From assembly GCF_016433145.1 (NCBI RefSeq), contig NC_058130.1:752118929-752182928 (forward strand): 64,000 nt of DNA. Reading direction: 5' to 3'. The position numbers and the translations under genes are program-made. Below, one piece after another: positions 1 through 13,137 of the stretch (its first letter is position 1; each line of letters opens with the position of its first letter). The notes under the pieces are model-generated. The model was not told the origin of the DNA. It saw only the letters and a program-made list of their open reading frames with translations, and did no database searches. Source of the DNA: Gracilinanus agilis (Eukaryota).

Positions 1-560
1 CGGAGCTGGGGGAGGGGGGTGCCGGGGATGCCGGGGCCGCCGCTGCCCGGAGAGGGGGGCGGCTTTTTTCACGGCGTCCCCCCCCCCATCGGCGGGCGAC
101 TCGGCGAGGGCCCCTGCCGGCGGCTTCGGGGAGCGGCTGGCGGCCGCTCCGCTGACCCGAGGGTACGGGTGCGGGTGCGTGTCTGGGGGGGCACGCCGCG
201 GTGGGGCCCGGGAGCGCCGCGAGCCGCCGGGCCGTGCAGAGCCCCGGCACTCGGGGCCGGAGCCGGAGGTGGGGGTGGGGGTGCCTAAGTAGAAGCAGCT
301 GGGCTGGGGCGAGGGGGCCCGAGTTTGGGAAGGGACGTGTGTGAGGGTGCTCGCATGTGCGTGTGCAAACAGCAACCGGCGAGCCCGGCACGGAAAAGTA
401 GACACAGTTAAAAAAAAAGCACGTGTGCAAAAGTGTGAGCGTGTGTCTGTGAGTGTGTGTTTGGGGGGTCCAGGAACACTCGTGTAGGAGTCGGTGGTCC
501 GGGAGAAAACCGGCGGAGAGGGGGTGTGATGGAAGGAGGATCCGTGTGTATGTGGGTGGA
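1..560. promoter_or_regulatory. CpG island, 3' part of the CDK2AP1 promoter / intron 1 island
   Basis: Very GC-rich with dense undepleted CpG (e.g. cggcgggcgactcggcg, gagcgccgcgagccgccgg). It lies upstream of CDK2AP1 exon 2; the MSYKPNL-type exon 1 was not found, so it is inferred to lie just before base 1. Confidence 0.75.
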
Positions 561-1895
561 GGAGCCGGCTCTGGGGTGCACGTGCTTTCTTAGGGGCTTT
601 GGGGAGAGACATTGCCCTGCTCTCCCTTCCCCGGGGTTGCAAGAAGAGGTTACATCTTGTCTCCCACGGATGAGGAACTGGCTCCATCATTTCCTGTGCA
701 GGGTTGGCCCACGGGTCTGGGGGAAGCGGGGAGGAGGGTGGGCAGGCACTAAAGTTTGGAAGATCCCCCCCAGTGGCCCCTTCTGGCTCCCCAGGTGGAT
801 CCGGGGGACCCTAGGCCAGAGAGGGCTCTGAAAAGGAGGGGGCGGTCTGAGGACCAGATACCCCCTTCATAGGGGGGCTTCTGCCTTTCTGGTGCCAGTG
901 TGAGAAGACTTCAGGTCTGGGGAGTAAGAATTGGGGAGGGGAAAGGGTGGAACCCAAGAAGCCTGGGTGTGAGTCAGCTGGGCTGGGGGCTCTCTCCAGG
1001 GTGGGGGGGGAGGCTGAGCTCCAGCCCTGCTCACTCCTCCCCCCCTGAACTCTTCCCCCTTCCTACACCCAGGCTGGAGTGGGGGTAGAATGCCGGGGTG
1101 GGAACCCCCTTGGGGGTGCGGAAGGAAAGAGCCCCAGATGGGGCCACGTCCTGTGGGGGTAGGGCGGCTGGCTCCCTGGGGATGACTTTGACAGGTGAGG
1201 GTGCTGCCCAGGTCAGCCCCCATGGTTCACCAGGTATGGGCATGTGGTTGAAGGACAAAGAGAAAGTGGCCACCATGTTCCCCTCTGTGAGCCCGTCACT
1301 AGCTCCTGCCTCCCCCTAGGAAGACAGAGGCAATTGAGCTTCCTTTCTTTGCTGACTCTCATTCAAGGTTTTTTTTGGGGGGGGAAGGGTAGCAGGACCT
1401 CTAGGATAATGGTCCCCAGTCCTGCCCGTGGTGCCCTGCAGAAGGCTCTGTGTGCAGAGGCCAGGAGGGTGGAGGAAGGGGCTTGGGGAGCTGCTGGACC
1501 CCAGGAGCTCCCCAATTCTGTGACTCTGTGACTTGCCCCATTTCCCTCCAGGACCTCATGTTTCCTTCTCCTGCCTCCCGTGTGGATGGCCAGAGGCCCC
1601 CAGCCCACAAACGACCCTTGTCCTTTTTGGGGGTGCCTCCTTCCTGCCCATCCCGGGGTCCCGCTCGGTCACAATCCCCATTCTTCTCCCCTGCCATCTG
1701 CATCCAAGATGGACTCTCTTTCCTCCTCCTCTCTCCTCTCTCCCTCTCCTGTCATTATCCCTCACACACCAGCCCTGCCTCCTGCTAGTAGGAATGCCAG
1801 CCCGTGGCCTAAGGCCAAGAGAGTTAGACAAAGCCCGAGTCCTCCGCTCGCACATCTCACACTCCCGGTGACGTGACTGCGGCTTCAGCTCAGCC

Positions 1896-1948
1896 CCCTT
1901 CCCTTCCCTTCCCTTCCCTTCCCTTCCTTCCCTCCCTGCCCTCCCTTC
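1896..1948. repeat. (CCCTT)n low-complexity tract
   Basis: ccccttcccttcccttcccttcccttcccttccttccctccc. Confidence 0.85.
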
Positions 1949-3194
1949 GCAGCTGCAGCAGCCACCTCCACAGGGGCTCTGCCCCCCTTTCTGGACACTG
2001 CCTCTGCCCTCCCCCCCGGGCTTGGCTGGGAGCGGACCTCCCTCTTGGGAGGCAGCCAGGACCCCAACTGGCCCTGTGGGGGTGGGTGGGAGGCCAGTCC
2101 TGGGGCTGGCTCTTTGTTTGGGCCCGAGGGGAAGGGGGGAGCAGGGGGCGGGCACAGCTCCCTCCTGCCCTGAAGATTTTCCTGTCCTTTGCCAACCCCT
2201 GTTTGGCTCCTGAGCCCTCCCAGAAATGCTGCGTCTGCCTCACACAGCGCTTCATTGTCTGGGATTTTCCAGAGAGGCTGACGTGGAGTTCAGGGATTTC
2301 TTGGTTTTCACTCTCTTCCCATCTTGACCCCCTCCCTGCCTCCCTGCGCCTCCCCCGCACATCCCTCGGGGTCATTCCCTTTCCTGGCCTTTCCTGGCCG
2401 CCGCTCATTGTTCTGAGGTCAGGGGCCCCCCAGGAGCCAGCCTCCATCCCCACGAGGACCAGGCACGAAGAAGCCAGCCTGTTCGCTGCTGCCCTTTCCC
2501 TGGGACAGAGGATTCCGGGCACTCCTGGTGGCAGGCCTGCCGAGAGCTCCGAGCTTCTCCCTGGCCACTGCCTGCCCACCCCGGCCTGGAAAGGGGGGCC
2601 ACAGGCCAGCGAGCGCCCGGCTGGGGCTTCCTTTGACAAATCCAGGTCCCCGCCTGGCCCCTGCCCCTGAGTGGGGAGCGGGGTGGGAGGAGGGAGAGGG
2701 TGGCCGGCTCTGTGGCCCTCAACTGCCCAGGGGCCACCCGGCCGCCATCCACAAGCCTGCTGTCAGGTTCACACGGCAGCGGCTGTTTCTCAAACTCCTA
2801 CTGTGTGCCAGGCGCTGTGCCCGCACACGTGGGGAGGAGGGAGCTGGGAGTTCCCAACTTTCCTCTCCCCTCAGTCCTGAGAGCCTGACAGGGGCTAAGA
2901 AGAAGGGAGGTGCAGGGACGGGGAGAAGAGAGGAAAAGAGGGCCGTCCAAAGACCCCCAGCCTCCTCTTCTCCCACGGAGCAGCCAAAAGGGAGTCGAGC
3001 CTCCCCACACCGGACCCTGTTCCTGGCCCTGGCCCTGCTCTCCCCCAGCAGTCTAGGGGAAGGAGACGGGGCCCAGCCCGCTCCCAGCCTTGGGGAATTC
3101 TCATTCCAGAGTCGAAAAGTTTGGCACTTTCAGGAACTTCCTTCATTCTGTCTCCTAGACCTCACCCCTTGCTTACCTGCACCCCCAGAGGCCT

Positions 3195-3435
3195 GCTGGC
3201 TTTCCTTCACGACCCCCCCCAACAGCTAACACTTATATGGCAGTTACATATACTATGAACCAGACTTTACATGATTATCTCATTTTATCCCCTACCAGAG
3301 GGGTGCCAGTATTCCCATTTTATAGATGAGGAAACCGAGGCAAACAAGTAAAGTGACTTGCCCGGGGTCACACAGCGAGTAAGGCTCTGAGGCTGGACTT
3401 GAACTCCAGCCCTAGTGCCTCCAGGCCCAGTGCTT
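3195..3435 (-). mobile_element. MIR/core-SINE
   Basis: Core motif cccattttatagatgaggaaaccgaggc...aagtgacttgcccggggtcacacagc. Confidence 0.8.
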
Positions 3436-3503
3436 TATCCACTGCCCCATCTACCCATACTCCTTCACCCGTAGTAGGTGCTTCGTGGATGCTTCTTGAA
3501 TGA

Positions 3504-3550
3504 ATGAATGGATGGATGGATGGATGGATGGATGGATGGATGGATGGATG
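3504..3550. repeat. (GGAT)n microsatellite
   Basis: gaatggatggatggat...ggatg. Confidence 0.95.
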
Positions 3551-6049
3551 CTTTCTTTCATAGTCTAAAGTTTGCCAGTTTTCCCCACAACAGTCTCACA
3601 AGGGAAGCTATGTAAGTAGTATTGTCTCCATTTTGCAGACGAGGACAGTGAAGCTTTCAGAGTTTCGGGATTTGTACATCTCTGAGGCTGGATTTGAACC
3701 CAGGTCTTTCCACCTGAGATGAATGTTTGAGATACCCTACCCTTGATGGCCACTTTTTTTTTTAAACCCTTGTTTTCTGTCCTAGTAACAACTCTTAAGA
3801 CAGAGGGCAGGGCCTAGGGACTGGGGCTGAGTGACTTGTCCAGGGTCACACAGTCAGGAAGTGCCTGAGGTCAGCTTTGAACCCAAGACTTCCAGGTCGG
3901 ACACTCTATCCCCTGAGCCTCCTCACTGTCCCTACAAAGGCCGCCTTGGGAGCTGAGAAGGGAAATTCTTTTCTCTTTCCATCGTAGGAGAGCCACCCTG
4001 CTAATAATGAGGCTGCCGTCCCCTCCCAGACGGGCACCGCTGGGCGGGGGGCTAGCAGGAAGCTGCAGCTGCTCAGGCTGGCCCTCTGGCCCGAGTGCCC
4101 CGAGAGGAGCCCACGGGGCTGCTTTGAGACCACCGAGCTGATGAGAAGGGAGATAGCGAGGCTCCTGTTCATTGGGCCGAATGCCAGCGGGCAGCTGACA
4201 CGTGGGAGCAGGAGAGGCAGCCTGGGGCCACGGAGAGAGAGCCTCGCTGTGGGCTCTCAGCAGCTCCCCTGCTGCCCCTCTGAGGCTTTGTGGGTTTAAG
4301 GAAAAAAAGAAAAGGGGGAAAGGGGGTTCCACTGGAACGTCTCCAGAACCCCATCCGATTCTCTGTACTCTCCCCATCTTGAACTTTGCTGCCTCCCCCC
4401 TCAACGCCCCCCTCCCCTTTCCCCCATGTTCTTCTCCGGGCCAGCACTAGCACTGGCACCGGCACCAGCCCAGGGCCGAGCCCAACTCTGCAGAGGCCGC
4501 TGGGTGTTGTCGGGAGCAGGTCTGTGGGTGGCTGCCCTGGCTTCTCCCCAGAGGAATAGGTGCATTCTCCATGGTTGCTGCTGCTTGTGATTCTGTAGGA
4601 CATCCCTCCCCGGCTGGCGGGGGCCCACTCACAGCTCCATTATGGGGGTCCCACAAAGGCTCCCTCCCTGGCCCATCCTGGAAAGGGGGCTCTGGAGGCT
4701 CAGGATGGGCTGTGGATGGGAGGCCTCGGTGGGGACCCACAGGGCTGAGCCAACCCGCTTTTAGTGGCCCTGCTGGGTGGGTCCCTTCTTGTTCTGGATA
4801 GTGGAAAGAGAGCTGGATCTGGAGTCAAAGGATCTGAGTTCAAATCCTGTCTTTGACACTTAACTACCGGTGTGCTCTTACAGCACTTCATTTCACATTT
4901 CGGGGGCCTCCGTTGCCTGATCTGTAAGCAGGGTGGTGTGTGTGTGGGGGTGTGGGATGTCGCTAAAGTCCCTTTTAGCTCTGAATGCCAGGATTCCCCA
5001 CGTTCCCCAGACTCTGCCTGTCAGCCTTCGCTTTCTTTAGGAGGAGATCCATCAGGGCTGATGAAGGCCAAGGGAGGTTCTGGACAGAAGCCCCAGGAGA
5101 GGTTCCGGAGAGGCCTCTTTCCCCAGGCAGGGCTTTCCTGGTGGCTCTTCCCAGTGCCTGGACCTTTCTGGGGCTGGGGGGGATCCTGGAAAATTGGTTC
5201 TGGCATGAAGGGGTTGGGGAGGAGGAGGCTGGAGGAGCCACAGGGCACAAAGGGTCCAGGGTCCTCTTTGATGTCTTTACCGGCTCTCTCCTGAGAATGG
5301 AAGTGACACCCCCACTTTTTTGTCACATTTTATCAAAGGGTTGTCAAAATAAATAGAATGCAATTTGGGGGGTGGGAAGGCATTCCCATGGAAGGGGTCC
5401 CGAAGAGCTTCCTAGAGGAGGTGCTTGCACTCAGCTGAGCTTTGAAAGAAGCTGGGGATTCTAAAGGAATAGAGAATTATGCAAAGGCTTGGAGGTGGGA
5501 GATGGAGTCTTGAATGGAATGGAGTCATTTTGGCTGTGCTGGGGGTGAGACAGGCCTCCCCTCTTCCATCCTCTCAGCTCAGCCTTTTTTTTTTAAACCT
5601 TTACCTTTTGTCTTAGAGTTGATATTATTGGTTCCAAGGTCAGATTTGAACCCAAGATCCCCTGTCTCCAGGCCTGGTTCTATCCACTGAGCCACCTGGC
5701 TGGCCCTTAGCCTCCTGCTTTGGCCCAGGGCCTGTGAACCAAGCTAGCGCTCCTTGGCTTGAGGAAGGCAATGGTGACCCTCCTGGAGAAGGAAACCTTG
5801 GGGCAGGAGGCCAGGTGTGGGAGGAGCTGGGACTCCCCAGGCCAGGAGCAATGCCTGCCCCTTCTCTCCGCCTCCCCACTGCCCAGATCAAATGGGCTTC
5901 TGTGCTCGCCACACAGGAGGGGCTTAATCAGCTCGTTTCCTCCCTCCTGCGGAATTTGGCTCTCTAGATCTGTCCTTGTAGGGCAAAGGAGGGCGCCCTG
6001 GATAGAGCGCCGAGATAGGAAGACGCATCTTCCTGACTTCATATCTGTG

Positions 6050-6195
6050 CCAGCCGTGTGACCCTGGGCAAGTCACTTCACTCTGCCTCAGTTTCCTCAT
6101 CTGTAAAATGAGCCGGAGAAGGAAATGGCCAGTGACTTTGGCAACAAAACCCCAAATGGGGTCAGGAAGAGTTGGACAGGGCTGAACAACAACAA
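6050..6195 (+). mobile_element. MAR1/MIR-type marsupial core-SINE fragment
   Basis: Core gtgtgaccctgggcaagtcactt...gtttcctcatctgtaaaatgag plus tail ctggagaaggaaatggc...gggtcaggaagagttggaca...ctgaacaacaac. Confidence 0.75.
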
Positions 6196-7622
6196 AATTT
6201 CTTTTCTCCTTCCTCCTCTTCTGTTGAGCCTTCTAGACACATTTCTGTTAAATACTCTCCAGTTTCCCAGTTTTTTCTTCATATACAACCTTCCATCTCT
6301 CACCTCCACTCCTTTGCACAGGCAGCCTCCAGACTCGCAATGCCCTCCCTCCTCAGCGCTACGTGTGTGCCATTTGAGGCTTTCTGCCACCTCTCTGTGG
6401 CACTTTGTAACCTTCCCAACATCTAACAGGCTGCCCCCTGCCACGACTCCGCCTCTGCTTCCCTGTGTGCCAGGCTGTTTGCTCCCCCAGAAGGTACACT
6501 CCGCACGGGGAGGGCCTGCTGGGTTTTACTGCGTGCCCAGCACGTGGGTGCCTCGGACGGATGTAGGAGGCACTTAACGGGCTGGCCGAAGGGCTAATCA
6601 GGATGAAGATAGTCCAGAGGAGCGAGGGGGCCGGGAGGCCATGGAGAGGGGCGCCCCTCGGCTTCTGGGGGGTCAGAGCTTTCTTTCCCCTTTCCCTTCT
6701 CTCTGAGAAGCCGGGGCAGAAGAGTGAAGAGGGCCAGGCCATGTGCTTCAGTGACTTGCCCAGGGTCACCTGCCAGGAAGGGTCTGAGGCCAGCTGGGAG
6801 CCTCCTGGTCTCCGGCCGGCTCTCTCCCCACCGAGCTGCCCCTGAAGTAGATCTTGGATGTTTTTGCTGGAGACGGCTGGCAGGGGAGGCCGAGAGGCCA
6901 AAGAGTCCGTGTCTTTGGGTCGACCCCAGGAAGCTTTTCTGACTCGTGTCCCTCTGGCGGAGGCCCAGGGAGAGGCCTCGAGGCTGCCAGGGGTGCTTGG
7001 GGGCTGGCGGGGGCTGGGAGCAGAGTCACCCCGACTTATTGGTGGGGGATTAGATGAAGCGCCTGAGAGAAGAGGGCCCCAGAGTGGGAGGACCTCTCCC
7101 GTCCAGCTGTGCCCAGGCCTGCCTCCCAGATAGAACCCCTGCTTTCTGTTAGGGTTCACCTCGGGGGCCACCTTCAGCAAAAGGCCTTTCCTGCTTCCTC
7201 CCTCCTCCGCAGTGTCCTTCCATAATTGTTTTCTTTTAGAGGCAGTGAGGTGGCTCAGTGTTTAGGGTTCTGGGACTTGAGTTCAAATCCTGCCTCAGAT
7301 AGTTACTAGCAGTGTGACGCTGGGCAATCACTTATCTTCTGTCTGCCTCAGTTTTCCTGTTTGTAAAATGGGGATCATAATAGAATCTCCTGCCTGGAGT
7401 TGCTGCAAAGATCAAATGAGAGAATATCACCCAGTTTCCAGAGTGCACCCTTAGGGCTGCATCCCCCCTCTAGGGGTAGACGCCTTGAAGGGAGGAACAA
7501 TTGTCCTTTTGTTTTTTAAACCCCCAGTTTTGAGCACAGTCCTGGGGCACATTCAGACATTGCTGTCTCATCCCATGTATCCATGACCCCATTTGGGGTT
7601 TTCTTGGCAGAGATACTGGAGT

Positions 7623-7883
7623 GGTTTGCCATTTCCTTCTCCAGCTCATTTGACATATGGGGAAACTGAGGCACACAGGGTGAAGGGTCTTGGCCAGGGT
7701 CACACAGCTGGTTTGCCATTTCCTTCTCCAGCTCATTTGACATATGGGGAAACTGAGGCACACAGGGTGAAGGGTCTTGGCCAGGGTCATACAGCTGGTT
7801 TGCCATTTTCTTCTCCAGCTCATTTGATAGATGGGAAAACTGAGGCAGACAGAGAGAAGGGACTTGGCCAGGGTCACACAGCT
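7623..7883 (-). repeat. Tandem triplication of an 87-bp core-SINE segment
   Basis: ggtttgccatttccttctccagctcatttgacatatggggaaactgaggcacacaggg... begins at 7623, 7710 and 7797; seen as a 29-aa repeat in the ORF track. Confidence 0.92.
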
Positions 7884-8103
7884 AGTGACTCTCTAATGGC
7901 CAGATTTGAACTCTGAGTGATGTCTTTCTGGCTTCAGGCCCCGTGTCCTCTCCAGCCACCCCTCTTGGTCTTTGGAGGTGCTTGTGTAGGCCTGTGAATT
8001 GAATAGTTGACAGAATGGCTGGCCATAGGCTTGGAGGCAGGAAATAGAAATGTTTATTCAGGAAGTAGAAAGTAGAGTGTAGGATGTGTGGTGGGAAGGA
8101 AGG

Positions 8104-8140
<37 letters not shown>
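8104..8140. repeat. (GCAA)n microsatellite
   Basis: aagcaagcaagcaagc...aagca. Confidence 0.95.
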
Positions 8141-8141
<1 letters not shown>

Positions 8142-8989
8142 TTCTCCAGGGCTCTGTGCTGGGCAGCCCGAGCAGGAGCTCCTTCCTGCCCTCCTAGGAG
8201 GGACCTGTTAGGGAAGGGAGGCCGGGGAGGCTATCTTGGCTGGAGGGGTGGCTGGTGCGGCGCCATTCCTAGGGAGTTTCCCAGACTGGTCTGAGAGGAA
8301 AGGGACGGAGCTGAGGCGCAGACTCACCTGGGCCAAAGACTCACCTGGGCAGGGCAGAAGCGGCAGAATGGGAGGGGAGGCCACTTGCATGGAGAGGAGG
8401 CCGAGGGACTCTGCAGAATGCCTGCTTTGAGGGCAAGAACTGTTTTCTGTCTCTAATGGCTCCCACGTATATCGTGCAGCTACTGTGCGCTGTAGAGTGA
8501 GCATTTCACTTGATCCTTAGTAGTCCCAGACTTCTGTTTTACAGATGAGGAAATGGAGGCAAACAGGTAAAGTGAGTTGCCCAGGGTCGCATGGCCAGTA
8601 AGGATCTGCAGTCAAATTTGAACTCGGGTCTTCCTGACTCCAGGCCGGGTGCTCTATCCGCTGTGCCACCTAGCTGACTCAGTAGCTCTGTACCAAGCGC
8701 AGTGTCTGGCATAGGGCAGGCATTTTGATACATGTTGTTGAATTGGATTCAATTGGCCCGATTCTTTAGGAGATAACCGGAGAACACTGACTTGGGGGCC
8801 GAGTGCTTCCCACCTCGCTTTCATTCAGGCTCCGGTTTCTCTTGCCCATTGAATGAGACCTTTTCTCATGACCTGATTTCACTCCCGGGTAACTAATCTA
8901 CTGTGGTTGCCTTTGGGGAAAAAAAATCAATCTTAACTTAAATACCAAAAAAATCATTTCCATACATGGAGCACAAGAGAAAATGGGGA

Positions 8990-11800
8990 CTCTCGAGAAA
9001 ATGGTGAATCTCCATTTCATACTGCTGACTTTTTTAATATAATATTTTATTTTTCCCAATTACATATCACAATCATTTTAAACATTCCTGTCCCAAGATT
9101 TCAAGTTCCAAATTCTGTCTTTCCCCCTCCCTAGTTTGCACATACGCGATCTCCGAAAACATATCTCCACGTTCAGACCACTTATATAGATTCTAAATTA
9201 CAACCTTTACTTTCAAAGCTGCCCTGCTTTACTGTGCTTCCTTCTTAATTTCCTTTGGCATCTGGGAATTTCAAAAATGGAACAATGGCCCTCTCTTTGT
9301 ATCACTACTATCACACCTCCTCCACATTTCCCCTATAAAACTGAGAAGGGAGGGGGAAAAAAGAACCTTTTAAAGCAAAACGGAGCAGTGGCCACGTTCC
9401 AAAATGTTTGTTCCCTTCTGCACATTGTGTCCACCCCTTCCCTCTCAGGGGGTGCGGAAAATGCTTCATTATGGGTCTCTCAAGTAATAATTGACCACGG
9501 CGTGGCTCAAAGTTCTTTGGTCTTCTCAAATTGGTTTTCCATCCTAGAAGAAATTGTTCTCCTGGTTCTACCCGCTTTACTCGGTGCCAGCTCACAATGC
9601 CCACAATTCCCAGAATTCTTCTCATTCATAATTTTTTTACATTGCACTTGGGTTCTGTTGCATTCATATGCTAGTTTGTTCTGTCATTTCCTAATTGTCT
9701 AAAAGGCAGTTTCTATGGCATTTTCCTTAGAGTCCGGTTATTTTCTTTATCCCAGCTCCCTATGGCTTTAAGTCAGCCCATAGAGGTCAGAAAGCTTCTT
9801 TTGCTTGTGACTATTCCCTCCCCAGGATCATCCTCCCTCTTAGCCATTCTCCTCTTTTTTTTTTTTTTTTTTTTTTTAAATTTATTAAACCCTTAACTTC
9901 TGTGTATTGGCTCCCAGGTGGAAGAGTGGTAAGGGTGGGCAATGGGGGTCAAGTGACTTGCCCAGGGTCACACAGCTGGGAAGTGTCTGAGGCCGGATTT
10001 GAACCCAGGACCTCCTGTCTCTGGGCCTGGCTCTCAATCCACTGAGCTACCCAGCTGCCCCCTCTCCTCTCTATCTTGGTTTATTTCCCTTTTAGGTTTG
10101 ATTATTTCCACCCCAAACTCTATGTGCATGTGTGTGATTGTGTGTGCATGTTTGATCTTCCTTTGTTCATCTTAGAAGACAGTGACATTCCTCTGACACT
10201 TGCTCTGACCTCATATTTAGATAACTTCTTTTCATGCGGTTATGGGAAACATAAGTTCCATTCCCTCTTTCCCTTATTAGCCTTTCTTCTCTTTTCCTCT
10301 TCAAACCCTCAGAATAGATACAATGAACTCCCAGGATCCCTTTTTTCTTTTTTCTTTCTTTTTTTTTTACCCTCCCGAATACCCTTTGAAGTTTCCCTTA
10401 AGGGATACTTGTTTCTTTTCTCTCTATTAGGAGGTTAGTGTGGTGTCACCATATTGTTCCTTCCAGTGACTCAAATACATTTACCTTTATAGATTTCTTT
10501 GGCCTCTTGTGTTTGTATTTCAGAATTCCTACTCAGTTCTAGTCTCTTCATCAGAAATGCTTGAATGGCCTCTATTCCATTAAAGATCCTTTAAGAAAAA
10601 ATCCTGAATGAGGATTCTCAGTTTTGTAGAGTCCATCATTCTAAGTTGTAAGCCTGTATCTTTTGCCTTTTGGATGATTATATCCAAGCTCTCCTCTCAT
10701 TGTTTGTTGAAGATGCCAGCTCTTGTGTGATACTGACTGCTTACTTGGTGCTTGAACTTTTTTCTGGATAATTGCAATATCTTTTCTTTGTTATAGGAAC
10801 TCTGGTTTTTGATCATGACATTCTTGTAACTCTTCCTTTTGGGGGGATTCTGTTCATAAGGTGATTTGGTGAATTCCTTCTATCTTCATTTTGTCCTAAC
10901 AGTTCTGATCACTTGTCATTTATGATTTCTTGAAATATTGTAAAAAGGGTTTAAAAAAAAAGAATTATTTTTTGGGAAGTACACTGATTCTTAAATTTTT
11001 TTTTCCTTGATCTGATTTCCAGTCTTTTGGGTTTATTCTAATAGTTCTTGCTCTCTCATGGAGTCAAGTCATTGATTTATGTTTGGCTTTTTCTAGTATT
11101 CAGAGATTCCATTTCCTGGATAGAGTTTACCACTTTGTCGTCTAGGTAGTTTATTCTGCTAGTCCATCTAGAACTTTTGAAAAATGTTAAATCTCTTGCT
11201 TCGTTTCTTCTAAGAATTTGTGTTATCCTCGTGGAAAATCTGCTTTTTCCTTTTAGTCTCTGCCTGAAGTTGTATTCGCTCCTTTTGGGAGATCTATATG
11301 TTTGTGATCATTTTTTATACTGGCTGGTGTTTCTTTGCTTTACTTATGTTTTTAGCTTTAGCTCCTGATTTTGAGCTTTTTGCCAGGGCCATAGTTCATT
11401 CCCTGCTCTGCTTTTGGGTGGGTTGCTTGGCCTTCTGTGGGTCCACCCCAGGTCCCTCGCACCCTTCTCTAATTCCCCAAGTCAGGGCCCTTGGATTGTT
11501 GAGCTTCAGCTGCTTCATGTTCAGGAACCTCCTCTAGAGTCTCAGCACAGAGTTTTAGGTGACTCCGAGCCCCTCGGATGTGAGCGCCACTCTGATCACT
11601 ACCGGCTACTGCTCCCCAGCAGCTTCCAAGGTGCCCAACCTGGGCCTTTTTCTGGGGAACCTTCTGCTCATGCTGTCTTTGGACTCAGCCACACAGACTA
11701 TGATGTGTGTCCTGTTTTTGGAGACGGGAGATGTTAACACTGGCCGTGTTGGAAGGGTCACTTTTCCTATTGCCCATGACCTTTTGGCTGATGTGTGATA
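8990..11800 (-). mobile_element. Old, fragmented LINE-1 (3'UTR/ORF2-end-like then ORF1-like sequence), interrupted by a SINE
   Basis: T-rich antisense L1 texture: ttttatttttcccaattacat...aagttccaaattctgtctttccc (L1 3' end) and ttttgccttttggatgattatatccaagctctcc (resembles marsupial L1 ORF1 antisense). Boundaries approximate. Confidence 0.55.
9856..10062 (-). mobile_element. SINE1_Mdo-like tRNA-derived SINE
   Basis: Poly-T then the reverse complement of the ggggcagctgggtagctcagtggattgagagcc...ggttcaaatc...acacagaagttaagggttt consensus; inserted into L1-like sequence. Confidence 0.9.
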
Positions 11801-12385
11801 GCAGAAACTCATAGGATATTTAAAAATCATTCCTTAATTGATTTAAAAAATAAACTCTTTACCTTTTCTGTCTTAGAATTGATACTGAGTATGGGCTCCA
11901 TGGCTAGAGGAGCCGTAAGAGCTAGGCAATGGGGGTTAAGTGACTTGCCTGGGGTCATACAACTATGAAGGGTCTGAGGCTCAATTTGAACCCAGGACCT
12001 CCTGTCTCTAGGCCTGTCTGTCCAGGAACCAATCCCAGAGAATAGAGGCGGTTTGTAGATTTCAGGTCCAAGAAGGAATTGAGCCTCAGTTTTTTCATCT
12101 GTAAAATGGAGCCTGTGATACTTGTAATTACTTTCTTGATGTGGTTGTTGTGAGGAAAGCCTTTTTTTTTTTTAAGATTGAATTTATAAGTTCATATAAG
12201 GAACCTTCAGTGAGGAAAATCCATCTGTCAGTGCCTATCAGCACTTCTGCAATTTCTAGTCTTAGAAGAGTTGCCTGAGGAATTAGGAGGTTGAGTGACT
12301 TGTCCAAGATGTGTCAGAGGTGGGGCTTAAACCTCCAAGGACTATGAGGCCTGCTTTTTGGTGTCTCCCAAAATGATCGATATTA

Positions 12386-12570
12386 GGGGCAGCTGGGTAG
12401 CTCAGTGGATTGAGAGCCAGGCCCAGAGACAGAAGGTCCTGGGTTCAAATCTGGCCTCAGACACTTCCTAGCTGGGCAAGTCACTTGATCCCCATTGCTC
12501 ACCCTTACCACTCTTCTACCACCAAGGAGCCAATACACAGAAGTTAAGGGTTAAAAAATATATTTTTAAA
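12386..12570 (+). mobile_element. SINE1_Mdo-like SINE with degenerate TSD
   Basis: Full head with A/B boxes; flanks aaaatgatcgatatta (12370-12385) and aaaatgattgagatta (12571-12586). Confidence 0.9.
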
Positions 12571-12684
12571 AAAATGATTGAGATTAGGCTAGAAATGGCG
12601 GGTAGGGTTGGTTGGAGGTAGTTGAAGGGAGGTCATGATTCCAGGCCTCTCATGATAATTCTTATGTTTCCCTTCCTTCCGAAG

Positions 12685-12782
12685 GTGGGAGTGTCCACTC
12701 TCCTTCCGCTAGCATGGCGGCATCTACCCAGTACCGACAGCTGATCAATGACTACGGACCCCCATCTCTAGGCTATACCCAG
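12685..12782 (+). CDS. CDK2AP1: CDK2AP1 coding exon 2 (98 bp)
   Basis: Acceptor ttccttccgaag|GT; reads (x)[32 protein letters not shown]; donor CAG|gtaagg. Matches recalled human CDK2AP1 [32 protein letters not shown]. Starts phase 1, ends phase 0. Confidence 0.96.
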
Positions 12783-13137
12783 GTAAGGCAGGGCTTTCCA
12801 TTTCTTCTCCTTTTGGGCCGCTTCCGGCCCGAGACATGGGAAGGAAGGGGGTGGAAGGGTCCGGTGGGACCCACTGGTGCTCTGTATAGCCTTCCAAAAA
12901 GGGGCGATGGAGGGGGAGAAAGAGGTGTCCAAGAAAGGGCATCCCTGCCCTCCCCTGAGGAAACTCACCGTCTAGGCAGAGAGGCCGGCTGCCTGGACAG
13001 TGGAAGGCACACAAGCCCTTCCCCACATCTAACCAACAAATTGGGTGCACCGTTTGGAGCTGACGTGTGACCAGAGCTGGACGGCCTTAAACAGGGAAAT
13101 CTTGGAGGGGAGAGTTTGGAGCAGGGCCACCAAAGGC

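Noticed and set aside
19-7180. Many long ORFs (e.g. 1873-2670, 1890-2639, 2528-3229, 6359-7180)
   Set aside because: Overlapping on both strands, rich in Pro/Gly/Arg/Ala and without recognisable domains; expected from stop-codon scarcity in GC-rich intron 1.
7470-7916. ORFs with a 29-aa repeated peptide; superficially CRISPR-like spacing
   Set aside because: Produced by the 87-bp SINE-derived tandem repeat, with no unique spacers, in a eukaryotic context.
12783-13070. Read-through of CDK2AP1 exon 2 in the ORF track (118 aa)
   Set aside because: Homology stops exactly at the consensus donor CAG|gtaagg; the rest is intron.
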